Source: an uncultured Clostridiaceae bacterium (GTDB lineage: Bacteria > Bacillota > Clostridia > Lutisporales > Lutisporaceae). From it: a stretch of DNA of 54,684 nucleotides. The stretch spans positions 1 through 54,684 of the forward strand of contig CAYXAT010000001.1 in NCBI GenBank assembly GCA_964462065.1, read 5' to 3'. Positions within the stretch are counted from its first letter, which is position 1; each line of letters opens with the position of its first letter. The notes beneath the pieces are model-generated. The model searched no databases. It worked only from the letters and a program-made list of their open reading frames with translations, and was not told the DNA's origin. Position numbers and translations under genes: made by a program. Positions 39,258 to 51,693 of the stretch are shown here, one piece after another.

Positions 39258-40667
39258 CTATAGCTTCTTAGAGAAAATCGCAAGTACAACTATGACTAAG
39301 ATACCAAAGATCATCAAACTTGTTTGTTCTATTGAAACGATTCCCACGGCAGCTACAATACCGATTAGCACAGGGATAACATATTTTACAAGGTTATACC
39401 ATACTTCAAACAAGCCAAATGATAATGTACCACCATTTGTAAGCTCATCTTTAAGATCTTCTTTTTTCAGGAACCAACCTGCAAATATCGCAAGCAGCAT
39501 ACCGCCTATGGCTAAGAATATCTTATCGGTAAGTATATCAAAGAAGTCAAATGCACCTACACCCAAAAATGTCACATTGGACATAGCACCAAGGGATAAT
39601 GAAGATAACGTACATAGCACAAGCATTACTACTGCAGTTCCGTAAGTAGCTGTTTTTCTATTCAATTTTTTCTCATCCATTAAATAAGCAACAACAACTT
39701 CCAGCAAGGAAACTGAAGAAGTTAAGGCTGCTATCATCAACGCTAAAAAGAATAAAGCAGAAAACAACACTCCCAGGCCACCCATTTCAGCAAATATTTG
39801 AGGCGCCACAACGAATACGAGACCGGGACCTGCCGTAGGCTCCATCCCGAATGCAAATAGTGGCGGGAATAGAGCAACACCTGCCAAAATAGCCGCAAGA
39901 GTATCCATTGAAACAACTATTAATGCATTGTTTGGCAATTTTTCTTCCTTTTTTAAGTAGCTTCCATAAGTTATCATACACCCCATACCAAGACTGAGAG
40001 AGAAGAAAGCCTGGCCTAAAGCTGCCAAAAATGTTGATCCCTTTACAACAGACCAATCGGGTACAAACAGGAAAGAAAGACCCGCAGCCATGCCCGGAAG
40101 TGTAAGTCCTTTTATTATAATAATTATTAGTAATCCAAAAAGCATAGGCATTAGTATTTTGCCTGCTAATTCAATGCCGGCAGCCACTCCTCTTGCCACA
40201 ATAAAGACATTAATTGCCATATAAAGAAACATCCAAATAAGAGGTTGAATAGGGTCACCTATAAAAGCACCGAAAACATCACCTATAGCTCCTGTATTGG
40301 ATAGTAACCCTGTGAAAGATTTAAAAATGTATGCCAAAGACCATCCGCCAACCACAGGATAAAACCCCATGATAAAGAAACCGCTGAGAACTCCCAAAAC
40401 TCCTGCAAAACTCCAACTTTTGCTATACGCTTTATAAGCTCCAACAGCAGCAAGTTGTGTTCTCCTTCCTATTGCAAGTTCGGCTGTCATTATGCTGAGC
40501 CCTACAAATAATACGCAACCTAAGTAGATTACTATAAATGCGCCGCCACCGTTCATACCGGTTAAATACGGGAATCTCCATATATTACCAAGACCAATTG
40601 CAGAACCCGCTGCTGCCATAATAAAACCAAATCGAGAGCCCCAATTTTCTCTACCTTTTTGTTCCAT
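39258..40667 (-). CDS. Sodium-dependent transporter, NSS (SNF) family, paralog 2
   Basis: 469 aa, colinear with paralog 1 and without gaps. My hand count gives about 65 differences (about 86% identity). It has the same NSS N-terminal signature. Confidence 0.93.
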   Translation of the reverse strand: MEQKGRENWGSRFGFIMAAAGSAIGLGNIWRFPYLTGMNGGGAFIVIYLGCVLFVGLSIMTAELAIGRRTQLAAVGAYKAYSKSWSFAGVLGVLSGFFIMGFYPVVGGWSLAYIFKSFTGLLSNTGAIGDVFGAFIGDPIQPLIWMFLYMAINVFIVARGVAAGIELAGKILMPMLFGLLIIIIIKGLTLPGMAAGLSFLFVPDWSVVKGSTFLAALGQAFFSLSLGMGCMITYGSYLKKEEKLPNNALIVVSMDTLAAILAGVALFPPLFAFGMEPTAGPGLVFVVAPQIFAEMGGLGVLFSALFFLALMIAALTSSVSLLEVVVAYLMDEKKLNRKTATYGTAVVMLVLCTLSSLSLGAMSNVTFLGVGAFDFFDILTDKIFLAIGGMLLAIFAGWFLKKEDLKDELTNGGTLSFGLFEVWYNLVKYVIPVLIGIVAAVGIVSIEQTSLMIFGILVIVVLAIFSKKL

Positions 40668-40930
40668 TTCTACACCTTCCTTTCAATTATAAAAATTTTT
40701 TAACAATAAAAATTATATTATCACTCCTTTCAAAAAAAGTTATATATATAGTTCTACAAAAAAACTTTATTTCCTTCTAAATTATCACAATTATTTATAA
40801 TTTCTGAATAAACTGTACATAGAAACACCAATAATGTAAAACACCCGTTTTCAGAATATACCGAATACTTAATTTAAAAGTTACATATAATCATTTCATT
40901 TAGAAAATATTAAGAATTTAAACCGTACTT

Positions 40931-41500
40931 CTACTTTTTGCTCCCGGGTTTATATGGAATTGAGCCCTTTTTACATAAAGGACATTCTTCTTTATCATAA
41001 GAATCTATATCTATTTGTATAACATGCTCATATGGATATGCAAATTGTACACTATTTCTACTCCTGTCTACAATGGAACCTACTGCTTTTATATCGCCGC
41101 CCATTTTTTCTACAAGCTCAATGACTTCTCTTACCGAGCCACCGGTCGTAACCACATCTTCCACTACGATAACCTTTGCACCTTTTTCTATTTCAAAACC
41201 TCTTCTTAAGGTCATTATTCCATTTTCCCTTTCCGCAAACAAAGATTTTATATTAAGTTGTTTTGCAATTTCATAGGATAATATAATACCTCCGATTGCA
41301 GGGGCAATAACTAAATCAGCTCCATATTCCTTAAGTTTCTCTGATAAAATTTTTGTTATTTTTATGCTGTATTCCGGGTACTGAAAAAGTTTAGCACACT
41401 GCAAATACTTGTCACTGTGCCTTCCGGAAGTCAAAACAAAGTGACCGTCAATAAGAACTCCATATTTAATAAATATTTCTATAATCTCTTGTTTATTCAT
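40931..41500 (-). CDS. pyrE: Orotate phosphoribosyltransferase
   Basis: 189 aa. PRPP-binding motif VIVVEDVVTTGGS. Confidence 0.94.
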   Translation of the reverse strand: MNKQEIIEIFIKYGVLIDGHFVLTSGRHSDKYLQCAKLFQYPEYSIKITKILSEKLKEYGADLVIAPAIGGIILSYEIAKQLNIKSLFAERENGIMTLRRGFEIEKGAKVIVVEDVVTTGGSVREVIELVEKMGGDIKAVGSIVDRSRNSVQFAYPYEHVIQIDIDSYDKEECPLCKKGSIPYKPGSKK

Positions 41501-41514
41501 AAATTCTTTCTCCT

Positions 41515-42411
41515 TTAAAATATTTTCATTGATTTAATATTATTTATATTATTTTCCTTCATAAATATTGAGATGCCTTCCAAAACTTTAATTGGAGCAT
41601 AGGGCTCGATAAAATTAGCCGTTCCGATTGATACGGCATCGGCACCGGCCATAAAGAATTCAACCGCATCCTGCCAGGAAGTAATTCCTCCCATACCAAT
41701 CACCGGTATACTTACTTGGGAAGCCGCCTCCCAGACCATTTTTAATGCAATGGGCTTGATTGCCGGTCCGGATAATCCGGCTATAACATTATCAAAATAT
41801 GGACGTCTATTATTAATATCTATTTTCATCCCGGTTATGGTATTTATAAGAGATATACAGTCAGAACCGCCTGCTTCTGCTGCTTTTGCCATCTTGGTTA
41901 TATCTGTTACATTCGGTGACAGCTTTACTATCAAGGGAACTTTTGAAATTCTTTTGGAGGCGTCTGTAACCTTATATATAGAATCAGCTTTAGTTCCGAA
42001 GGCTATACCGCCTTCCCGTACATTGGGACACGAGACATTTAATTCAATGAATTCTACTGAACTTCCAAGCATTTCTGTCATAATTCTATACTCGTCTATC
42101 GTATTACCCGAAATATTTGCTATGATAGGAACATTATATTTTTTTAAATTAGGAAGTTCCGTTGAAATAAAATAATCTATGCCCGGATTTTCTAACCCCA
42201 CGCTATTTAAAATCCCGGAAGCTGTTTCGGCAATTCTGGGAGGCTTATTACCTCCTCTGGGTTTTAAAGTGATCCCTTTAACTGCTATTGCGCCTAATTT
42301 GCTTAGGTCATAAAATTCACTATATTCACGTCCGAAGCCGAAGGTTCCCGAGGCTGTTATAATCGGATTTTTCAGTTTTATACCGCCTATATTTACTGAT
42401 AAATCAATCAT
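41515..42411 (-). CDS. pyrD: Dihydroorotate dehydrogenase, class 1B catalytic subunit
   Basis: 298 aa. [19 protein letters not shown] and GGI..W.DA motifs. Paired with pyrK. Confidence 0.95.
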   Translation of the reverse strand: MIDLSVNIGGIKLKNPIITASGTFGFGREYSEFYDLSKLGAIAVKGITLKPRGGNKPPRIAETASGILNSVGLENPGIDYFISTELPNLKKYNVPIIANISGNTIDEYRIMTEMLGSSVEFIELNVSCPNVREGGIAFGTKADSIYKVTDASKRISKVPLIVKLSPNVTDITKMAKAAEAGGSDCISLINTITGMKIDINNRRPYFDNVIAGLSGPAIKPIALKMVWEAASQVSIPVIGMGGITSWQDAVEFFMAGADAVSIGTANFIEPYAPIKVLEGISIFMKENNINNIKSMKIF

Positions 42412-43159
42412 TTAGATTCACCTCTTTGCTGTTAAAAACGGGACCGTCAAGACATACTTTTTTGTATTCTCCGTTTTTGTTTGTCTTACATGAACAGGTA
42501 AGGCAGGCTCCTATACCGCAACCCATACTTTCCTCCATTGAAACAAAACATAAGACTCCATTACTTTCACATATTTCTTTGACAGCTTTCATCATAACCT
42601 TAGGTCCGCAAGTATATACTACACCGTATTGTTTAACCTTATTTAAAAGCAATTGGGTTGGAAATCCCCTTGTTCCTACACTGCCGTCCTCTGTGCATAC
42701 ATAAAGATTTTTTGAGTACTTGTAAAACTCATCTGTCAGATAAACACAATCTTTAAAACCTAAATAGACATCCGATGCCTCCAAATTTTTAGCTAACTCA
42801 AATAGAGGTGCTATACCTATTCCGCCTCCGATAATCGCCGGTTTTCTATCACTAAAGATTGGAAACCCTTTCCCCAGAGGCCCAATAATGTTCAGTGTAT
42901 CATTCGCCTTTTTCCGGGATAGTAACTCTGTTCCCTTGCCTGCAACCCTATATAATAAGCTTAAGCAGCCATTATCAGAATCTATGCTGTTTATACTCAA
43001 TGGTCTTCTAAGCAGAGGATCATAACTGTCTGAAATTTTAATATGTACAAATTGTCCGGCTTTCGCTACAGAACAGATATCCGGACAATAAACATCGGTT
43101 CTATAAATGCCCGGCGAAATTTCCTCATTGATAACAACCCGATAGTTATCTATATACAT
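42404..43159 (-). CDS. pyrK: Dihydroorotate dehydrogenase electron transfer subunit
   Basis: FAD/NAD-binding fold with a C-terminal 2Fe-2S motif ([11 protein letters not shown]...C). ATG at 43157-43159; the ORF-track start is 7 codons too long. Confidence 0.93.
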   Translation of the reverse strand: MYIDNYRVVINEEISPGIYRTDVYCPDICSVAKAGQFVHIKISDSYDPLLRRPLSINSIDSDNGCLSLLYRVAGKGTELLSRKKANDTLNIIGPLGKGFPIFSDRKPAIIGGGIGIAPLFELAKNLEASDVYLGFKDCVYLTDEFYKYSKNLYVCTEDGSVGTRGFPTQLLLNKVKQYGVVYTCGPKVMMKAVKEICESNGVLCFVSMEESMGCGIGACLTCSCKTNKNGEYKKVCLDGPVFNSKEVNLND

Positions 43160-43169
43160 GTTCCACCCC

Positions 43170-44079
43170 CTACCATGCAATTTTTCCGAAAGATTCTAAC
43201 TCATAATTAATATCATTTCTCATATCTATAGCAGCATTTCTTGCTGCAAGAGCAAAGGACTTTTCATCATATAAATCTCTATATTTATCAGATTTATAGG
43301 CGCCTATAATTCCTCTTGAAGAACTAATTAGAGAACCTAAGCCGTCTTCATTAAAGAACCCACCCAAATCTGATGCCTTTCCGCCTTGTGCTCCGTAACC
43401 CGGTACTAAGAAGTAGGTGTTTTTCATGAGTTTTCTGATGCTTTCTCCATCTTCCTTGTGTGTTGCACCTACAACTGCCCCTATTGAGCTATATCCCAAT
43501 TTCCCTACACAAGATCTCCCAAGGTTAACTACCAAATCACCCACTATTTCATATATCTTTTTATTGTCTGAAACCCTGTTTTGTAAATTATCCGAGGATT
43601 TATTTGAGGTTTTCACAAGAACAAATAAACCTTTATCATTTTTAATACAATCATCCACAAAAGGGACTATTGAATCTTCACCGAAATACGGGTTAATGGT
43701 TATTGCATCAACTGATAGGGAGAATTCTTCCGTGCCCAAATAATAACACGAGTAAGCCGCAGCCGTGCTGCCTATATCACTTCTTTTTACATCTGCTAAT
43801 ACAATTAAATCTTTATCCATGGCATATCTGCAAACATTCTCAAAAGCCCTAAAACCATAGCTTCCGTACTTTTCAAAAAAAGCTACTTGGGGCTTGATGG
43901 CAGGCACAATATCATATATACTATCGATTATTTCCTTACTGTATTGAAAAAAGACATTTGCTGCAGACTCCATTTTGGGGACTTTGGTATCGGTGTGATT
44001 ATTCCAAAAACTTTGAGGAATGATGCCTTCGTGTAGATCAATACCAACAATGCAATGATTCTTCATACCTATAATTCTA

Positions 44080-44102
<23 letters not shown>
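43170..44102 (-). CDS. pyrF: Orotidine 5'-phosphate decarboxylase (long, type 2 form)
   Basis: 310 aa. Has the DxKRxDIGxT-like motif (LADVKRSDIGST). Position within the pyr operon supports the call. Confidence 0.9.
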
Positions 44103-45997
<1,895 letters not shown>

Positions 45998-46016
45998 AAT
46001 CCGCTTTTTATTGCGT

Positions 46017-46934
46017 TTATAAAGCCTGTCTTAATTTCTTAAGAGTATCTTCAAAATAATCCGGAAGATTGGCCCGAAATTTTAAATACTCTTTGGTAAC
46101 AGGATGATAAAATTCAAGAATATAAGCATGTAAAAATTGGCCTTTAGAGCTTAATCTCTGCTTTTTATAGCCATATAAAGTGTCTCCTGCAATAGGATAC
46201 CCTAGATATGACATATGCACCCTTATCTGATGGGTCCTGCCGGTTTCCAGTTGGGCTTCGATTAAAGTATTGCTTTTAAATCTTTCAATAGCCTTATAGT
46301 AGGTTACTGCATTTCTGCCGTTTTTATCAACAACAGCCATCTTTTTTCTATCATTAGGATGCCTGCCTATGGGTGCATTTATTATTCCTTCCTCTGTTTT
46401 CATTCTACCTTCAAGCAAAGCGATATACTTTCTTATTATGCTTCGTTCTTTTAACTGCTTCGATAGCTCTATATGAGCTTCATCAGTTTTTGCTACTATA
46501 ATCAGACCTGATGTATCTTTATCTATACGATGAACAATACCCGGCCTTTTCACTCCGCCAATGCCCGATAAGCTTGTACAATGCTTTAATAAAGCATTTA
46601 CAAGGGTACCGTCCATGTTGCCATGGGCAGGGTGTACAACCATCCCTTGTGGCTTATTCACTATCAAAATATGTTCGTCCTCATATACCACATCTATGTC
46701 AATATCTTGGGCTTCGATTTTCGCTTCTACAGGCTCCGGTACCGTAACTTTGATTTTATCTCCTATTTTCAGTCTGTAGTTGGGTTTCTTTAAGGTGTTG
46801 TTTACACTTACTGCATCATCATCAATTATTTTTTTTATATATGACCGGGAAAATATTTTAATTTTATCAGAAATAAAAACATCTAAACGAACATCACATT
46901 CTGTCCCATCCACATCAAAATAATAAACTTCCAT
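46017..46934 (-). CDS. rluD: 23S rRNA pseudouridine synthase RluD family
   Basis: S4-like N-terminal domain and the HRIDKDTSGL catalytic motif. Confidence 0.94.
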   Translation of the reverse strand: MEVYYFDVDGTECDVRLDVFISDKIKIFSRSYIKKIIDDDAVSVNNTLKKPNYRLKIGDKIKVTVPEPVEAKIEAQDIDIDVVYEDEHILIVNKPQGMVVHPAHGNMDGTLVNALLKHCTSLSGIGGVKRPGIVHRIDKDTSGLIIVAKTDEAHIELSKQLKERSIIRKYIALLEGRMKTEEGIINAPIGRHPNDRKKMAVVDKNGRNAVTYYKAIERFKSNTLIEAQLETGRTHQIRVHMSYLGYPIAGDTLYGYKKQRLSSKGQFLHAYILEFYHPVTKEYLKFRANLPDYFEDTLKKLRQAL

Positions 46935-46950
46935 TCATACTCCCTAGTTT

Positions 46951-47397
46951 CTATATAGAAATACTTTTATCAAAAAAAAGTAACAAGCTCAAAAGTGCAG
47001 CCCCGCATACAATAGCTGCATCGGCTAAGTTGAATACAGGCGGGAAAAACGAAAACTGCAAATAATCAATTACATAACCATATTTTAATCTGTCTATGAG
47101 GTTGCCTATTGCACCCCCTGCAATTAAAGCCAGACATGAAGTAAAAAGTATATTCTTATTATAATATCTATAAATTATGTAAAATAGAGCAATAATAATT
47201 ATTGAATTAGTTATAAGAAAGAATAAATTCTTATTCTTAAACAAACCGAAAGCAATACCGTAATTTTCCACATAGGTTATATAAAATAAATTCTTTATTA
47301 TCTCTATATTCGCCTTAAACATTACTTTGCTTATAATAAAATTCTTTAAATATTGATCCGAGCCTACTATGACGGCTACAATTATCAACGAATACAA
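46951..47397 (-). CDS. lspA: Lipoprotein signal peptidase II
   Basis: 148 aa, four transmembrane segments. NYGIAFG and FNLADAAI motifs. Confidence 0.94.
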   Translation of the reverse strand: MYSLIIVAVIVGSDQYLKNFIISKVMFKANIEIIKNLFYITYVENYGIAFGLFKNKNLFFLITNSIIIIALFYIIYRYYNKNILFTSCLALIAGGAIGNLIDRLKYGYVIDYLQFSFFPPVFNLADAAIVCGAALLSLLLFFDKSISI

Positions 47398-47436
47398 AAA
47401 AATCCCCCTTTACACTAAAAGAATCAAGTTTCAGTT

Positions 47437-48039
47437 CTATTCCAATTGCTTTTTATATTTTTCATTGCTAATGGATTCAACATTTTCAACATAACCCATA
47501 CTATAATCTTTTGAAAACGGATTATCCGATGTAACAACATTATAAACATTTACGGCTTGCCAAGTATCTTCTCCGTCAAATTCTATATTATCATCTATGC
47601 TTTCATCGCGAAAGGACCTGCCAAAGGGTGGGGTGATTACTTCCTCCTCAATAGGTCTGTCATTAACGCCTCTTATCTTATTATGTTCTTTTCCGCATAC
47701 AGTACAGTATCTTGTATATGGAATCAACCTAAGCCTTTCCGGATTTATATCCCGCCCACAAATCTCGCATCTTCCATATCTGCCTTCGTCTATTTTTTTA
47801 ATAGCATCATTTATTAAGTTTATTATTGTTTTATAGTTATTACTGAAAGATACGTTCTTCTCGGCTTCAAATGTAGCCGAACCTAATTCACCGGGATGAT
47901 TATCATAGGATGATAACTCACCTGAATCGTCTTTTATAGATGAGCCCAACCCAATCTTATCTTCATATAAAGATTTTTCCTTGCTCTCTTTTTCTTTTAA
48001 CAACATGCTTTTAAAAAAATCCGTCATTTGTTTTTCCAT
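47437..48039 (-). CDS. ylyA: DksA/TraR-type C4 zinc-finger protein (YteA/YlyA family)
   Basis: CEICGRDI..17 residues..CTVCG zinc finger. Sits immediately upstream of lspA, as B. subtilis ylyA does. Confidence 0.85.
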   Translation of the reverse strand: MEKQMTDFFKSMLLKEKESKEKSLYEDKIGLGSSIKDDSGELSSYDNHPGELGSATFEAEKNVSFSNNYKTIINLINDAIKKIDEGRYGRCEICGRDINPERLRLIPYTRYCTVCGKEHNKIRGVNDRPIEEEVITPPFGRSFRDESIDDNIEFDGEDTWQAVNVYNVVTSDNPFSKDYSMGYVENVESISNEKYKKQLE

Positions 48040-48048
48040 AATAGCCTC

Positions 48049-48339
48049 CTATAATCGATCTTGAACAAGTTTAACTATTTCGGCTATAAAATTGCCAAAG
48101 AATGGCAGGTTTAACACCACAAGTTTCTGCAAAATGTATATACCTATCGCACCTAAAACAGTGAACCCAATAGCCATACCAAAACCCCTCGCCAATCCGG
48201 CAATAAAATTTCTTCTTATAATTTTTTTAGGGTTTGATATCATCTCCACGTACTCGTCAAATCTTGATTCCCCCAACAAAGTTGCTATCTGTTCTGTTTT
48301 ATCGGAAGATGAAACTTTACCGGCTTTTTTTTTAGACAT
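48049..48339 (-). CDS. Small membrane protein (DUF5665-like; family assigned from memory)
   Basis: 96 aa. RRNFIAGLARGFGMAIGFTVLGA followed by a hydrophobic helix. Confidence 0.75.
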   Translation of the reverse strand: MSKKKAGKVSSSDKTEQIATLLGESRFDEYVEMISNPKKIIRRNFIAGLARGFGMAIGFTVLGAIGIYILQKLVVLNLPFFGNFIAEIVKLVQDRL

Positions 48340-48399
48340 TTAAAAATCTCCTTAATAAAATAAACTCTTTCAATCCCTTAGAAATGAAAGAGCATTTCT

Positions 48400-48849
48400 T
48401 TATATCTCTTTAAAAAAAGCTTCTAAACTTTCTAATTCGGATTCTAAAAAAGTCTTATATCTTGTTTTAAATATTTTCAACTGTTTCTTCAGCTCTTCAA
48501 TATCTCGGTTCAAATCCAAAATATCTGTATTTGCCTGAGCTATAATCTCTTTACGTTTTTCTTCCGACTCTCTAAGAATCAAATCCGCTTCTTTCCTTGC
48601 ATTGGATACTATATCTTCCGAAGTTCTTTGTGCTATGATTAATGTGCTCTGGAGTGTTTTTTCCATTTCGGAGTAGCTTTCCAACTTATCGTTAAACATG
48701 TTAACCTTATCTTTTAACTCATTATTTTCTTTATACATCTTTTCAAAGTCAGCCACTATCTTATCCATAAACAAATCTACATCATCTTCATTATATCCTC
48801 TGAAGCCTTTTTTAAATTGTCTGTTACGTATATCCACAGGAGTTAACAT
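48400..48849 (-). CDS. divIVA: Cell division protein DivIVA
   Basis: MLTPVDIRNRQFKKGFRGYNEDDVDLFMD is the canonical DivIVA N-terminus, followed by a coiled coil. Confidence 0.95.
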   Translation of the reverse strand: MLTPVDIRNRQFKKGFRGYNEDDVDLFMDKIVADFEKMYKENNELKDKVNMFNDKLESYSEMEKTLQSTLIIAQRTSEDIVSNARKEADLILRESEEKRKEIIAQANTDILDLNRDIEELKKQLKIFKTRYKTFLESELESLEAFFKEI

Positions 48850-48972
48850 ATAACTTAACCTCCATTCACATATTTATAATATATCAATAAAAATAGTTAT
48901 TTATTCGCTTAACAAAACATCCTCATCTTATTTTATATTCTTTTATGTAAACTATATACATAAGTTTTGGTA

Positions 48973-49260
48973 TTATAACAACGACCATATAATTCTTCTT
49001 AACAGGTTTTCAATGAACTGTAATACAAAGTAGGCGATGAGTGGAGATAAGTCTATCATTCCCGTATCAATTCCTAATCTATCAATCAGTTTTTTGAAAG
49101 GATCCAAAATAATATCTGTTAGTTGAAATATTATTGCAATATATTTACTATATCTATCTGTTCTTACCCAGGATAAAATAATCCGTACAAATATAAGTAA
49201 ATATATTAGGGAAAAAAACTTTGATATCGACCATAACAATATGCTTTTCAAAAACATCAC
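48973..49260 (-). CDS. yggT: YggT family membrane protein (YlmG)
   Basis: 95 aa. Two hydrophobic helices, with RIILSWV and DPF motifs. Confidence 0.88.
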   Translation of the reverse strand: MMFLKSILLWSISKFFSLIYLLIFVRIILSWVRTDRYSKYIAIIFQLTDIILDPFKKLIDRLGIDTGMIDLSPLIAYFVLQFIENLLRRIIWSLL

Positions 49261-49270
49261 TCACATTCAA

Positions 49271-49717
49271 TTATTTTAGCCAGTCCATAAATTTTTCAAA
49301 ATCAAAAGCTTCGGTATTAATTTCACCCATGCTGCTTAAGATATCAACATTTGACGGAGCTGCAATTACAATGCCGTTTGATACTTTTTGTATGGTACCG
49401 TCTATGGCATAAATTGCGCCGCTTATGAAGTCCACCATGCGCCTGGCAATATCTTTATCCAAATTCTCAAAGTTTATAATTATCGGCTTTTTATTTTTCA
49501 GATTATCACATATATCTTGCACATCATCATAATCTGTAGGCTCAATAAGCACAACTTTGATTTGATTTGACCCCGTGGGCATGCTTACGATATTGCTTTT
49601 TTTAACAGGCTCGAGTAAAGGTCTTTTATTTTCATTAACCACTTCTTCGAAATCTTCTTCAATGTTTTCGCCAATCCCCATATAATATAGTATTTTACTG
49701 AATATACCTCCTGCCAT
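49271..49717 (-). CDS. sepF: Cell division protein SepF
   Basis: 148 aa. Conserved C-terminal SepF core (PIIINFENLDKDIARRMVDFISGAIYAIDG). Confidence 0.93.
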   Translation of the reverse strand: MAGGIFSKILYYMGIGENIEEDFEEVVNENKRPLLEPVKKSNIVSMPTGSNQIKVVLIEPTDYDDVQDICDNLKNKKPIIINFENLDKDIARRMVDFISGAIYAIDGTIQKVSNGIVIAAPSNVDILSSMGEINTEAFDFEKFMDWLK

Positions 49718-49730
49718 TTCCTTTCCTCCT

Positions 49731-50429
49731 TTACCTATTATATACTCTTTTACCGAATATCTTTGTGCCTATTCTTAGCATATTCGCACCCTCCTCTAGG
49801 GCTATACGATAATCATTAGTCATACCCATGGATAGATGTTCCATTTGTACATTCTTATAATCGACAGATTTTATTTCATCAAACTTTTCTTTTAGAGCTC
49901 TAAACACGAATCTTATTTCGTTAGGGTTTTCAGCATAAGGAGCTATAGTCATAAGACCTCTTACATGTACATTGTTAAATTGTGCAATTCTTTTTAGAAA
50001 ACTATCTACCTCATCAATTTTTATTCCAAATTTTGATTCTTCATCGGCAACATTAACCTGAATCAACACATTTGCAATTAAATCCGCTTTTAGTGCTCTT
50101 TTGTTTATTTCTTTCAATAATGAAATACTGTCAACTGAATGTATTAGTTCTACTTTATCTATTATATATTTTACCTTATTGGATTGTAAATGACCAATCA
50201 TGTGAATCTTTGAAATATCTTTTATACTTTCATACTTTTCTGTTATCTCCTGTACCTTATTTTCTCCTATGTTATTAATACCCAGATCGATAACTTCTTT
50301 AATTCTCGGTATGTCCACAGTTTTAGTTACTGCAATAAGTATTACGTCGTTATAGTCCCTTCCCTTTTCAGCGCATATATTTTTTATATTTGTTAATATA
50401 TCATTAATATTATCATTCATATTACTCAA
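49731..50429 (-). CDS. yggS: YggS/YlmE family pyridoxal-phosphate homeostasis protein
   Basis: 232 aa. AVTKTV (PLP lysine), GENKVQE, HMIGHLQSNK and SMGMTNDY motifs. Confidence 0.94.
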   Translation of the reverse strand: MSNMNDNINDILTNIKNICAEKGRDYNDVILIAVTKTVDIPRIKEVIDLGINNIGENKVQEITEKYESIKDISKIHMIGHLQSNKVKYIIDKVELIHSVDSISLLKEINKRALKADLIANVLIQVNVADEESKFGIKIDEVDSFLKRIAQFNNVHVRGLMTIAPYAENPNEIRFVFRALKEKFDEIKSVDYKNVQMEHLSMGMTNDYRIALEEGANMLRIGTKIFGKRVYNR

Positions 50430-50445
50430 GTAATCTCACCTCTTT

Positions 50446-51693
50446 CTACATCATCTTTTGATTTTCTTTTATATTTTTAGTATTCCTTATAACTTCATCA
50501 TATAGTTTTATTATATACCTGTTTGCTTGGTTTTCTTCTTCATCGGCTATATTTTGGACAAGCACTCTGCTATCATCATAAGCTAAAATTTCAACGGGGA
50601 CAAATCTTATTATCCCTTTTTTATTTATAAAGATGCCTTTTTGCTCTTCGTTTTCAACTATGCCGGATTGAGATACCAAATATCCCTCATGATGTTGAGT
50701 AATAATTGTAATATCTGCCACTCTATAATTATAGTAATCATTTATGTACTCATTTATTTCAAAGGATACGACACTTTCACCGTCAATTACTTCTGAAATA
50801 TTGACTATTTTTCCTGAAACAGTTTTTTCATCGTTTTTAAAAATTATGTTTAATCTGTTGCCTACTTTCAATTCCTTGACGAGTTCTTCTTTCAAAATAC
50901 AGCAAATATACCAAGCATAGTCTTCTACCAGCTTAACACCATTTTTAGTATATTCGCTGGTATCTTTATCATTATAAGATTCGATAATTTGCTTTATTTC
51001 ATTACTACTTATTTTTTCAATATTAACCGGGCTTAACGATTGTTCTAAACCGTCTAAATTGTAGCTTACAATACCTGAACTTTTTGCATAAACAGCATCT
51101 AAGTTATTAACATAAAGGTTTTCCAACTGCATTTTCTCATTTACCAGCTGTTCCAGATTCTTACCGGAAAAGCTGTTATCTCCGGCTATAAGCGATTTTT
51201 TATATAAATCAGCAGATAAGCTGTTTTTAATATCCGTAATGTTTTCAAAATTCCCTTCTCGGGAATAAAGTTTTATTAATTCAATTTTTTCACTGATACT
51301 CTTATCTAATTTTTCTAAATCTTTTTCAAAAATATTATTATCTTTTTCTGTTTTGTTTATCTCATTTATCCTTTCATCCAATTTGTTTATCTTAGGTAAC
51401 AAATCAACATCAATATCGTTGCCTATTACAATCTCAACTATCTTTTTACCGTAAGGCACTCTCTGACCCTCAGATACTTTATTTTTAAATTGTAAATCCG
51501 GAGAATAATTATAAGCCAACTCATTCCTCACTATAAGGCCTGTTGTTTCATATAAATCCTGCATGGTACCGTATTTTATAATCTCCGTATCATAACTGAA
51601 GTAGAAATGTCTTATTGCATAAGAACTTACTATAATTACCAGTATTATAGGAAACAAAATAAGAGATGACGCTTTTTTTTTCTTTTTTACCAT
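50446..51693 (-). CDS. Membrane-anchored HlyD-like / membrane-fusion-like protein; function uncertain
   Basis: 415 aa. Lys-rich N-terminus plus one transmembrane segment, a central coiled coil and beta-rich flanks. Lies upstream of yggS in the same operon direction. Confidence 0.75.
   Translation of the reverse strand: MVKKKKKASSLILFPIILVIIVSSYAIRHFYFSYDTEIIKYGTMQDLYETTGLIVRNELAYNYSPDLQFKNKVSEGQRVPYGKKIVEIVIGNDIDVDLLPKINKLDERINEINKTEKDNNIFEKDLEKLDKSISEKIELIKLYSREGNFENITDIKNSLSADLYKKSLIAGDNSFSGKNLEQLVNEKMQLENLYVNNLDAVYAKSSGIVSYNLDGLEQSLSPVNIEKISSNEIKQIIESYNDKDTSEYTKNGVKLVEDYAWYICCILKEELVKELKVGNRLNIIFKNDEKTVSGKIVNISEVIDGESVVSFEINEYINDYYNYRVADITIITQHHEGYLVSQSGIVENEEQKGIFINKKGIIRFVPVEILAYDDSRVLVQNIADEEENQANRYIIKLYDEVIRNTKNIKENQKMM

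Noticed and set aside
38864-40930. Possible T-box or known riboswitch in the two NSS transporter leaders.
   Set aside because: I found no T-box conserved sequence (GGTGGTACCGCG-like), specifier-loop architecture or familiar riboswitch core on the minus strand. Only a generic hairpin was seen, and that is reported separately as a low-confidence attenuator.
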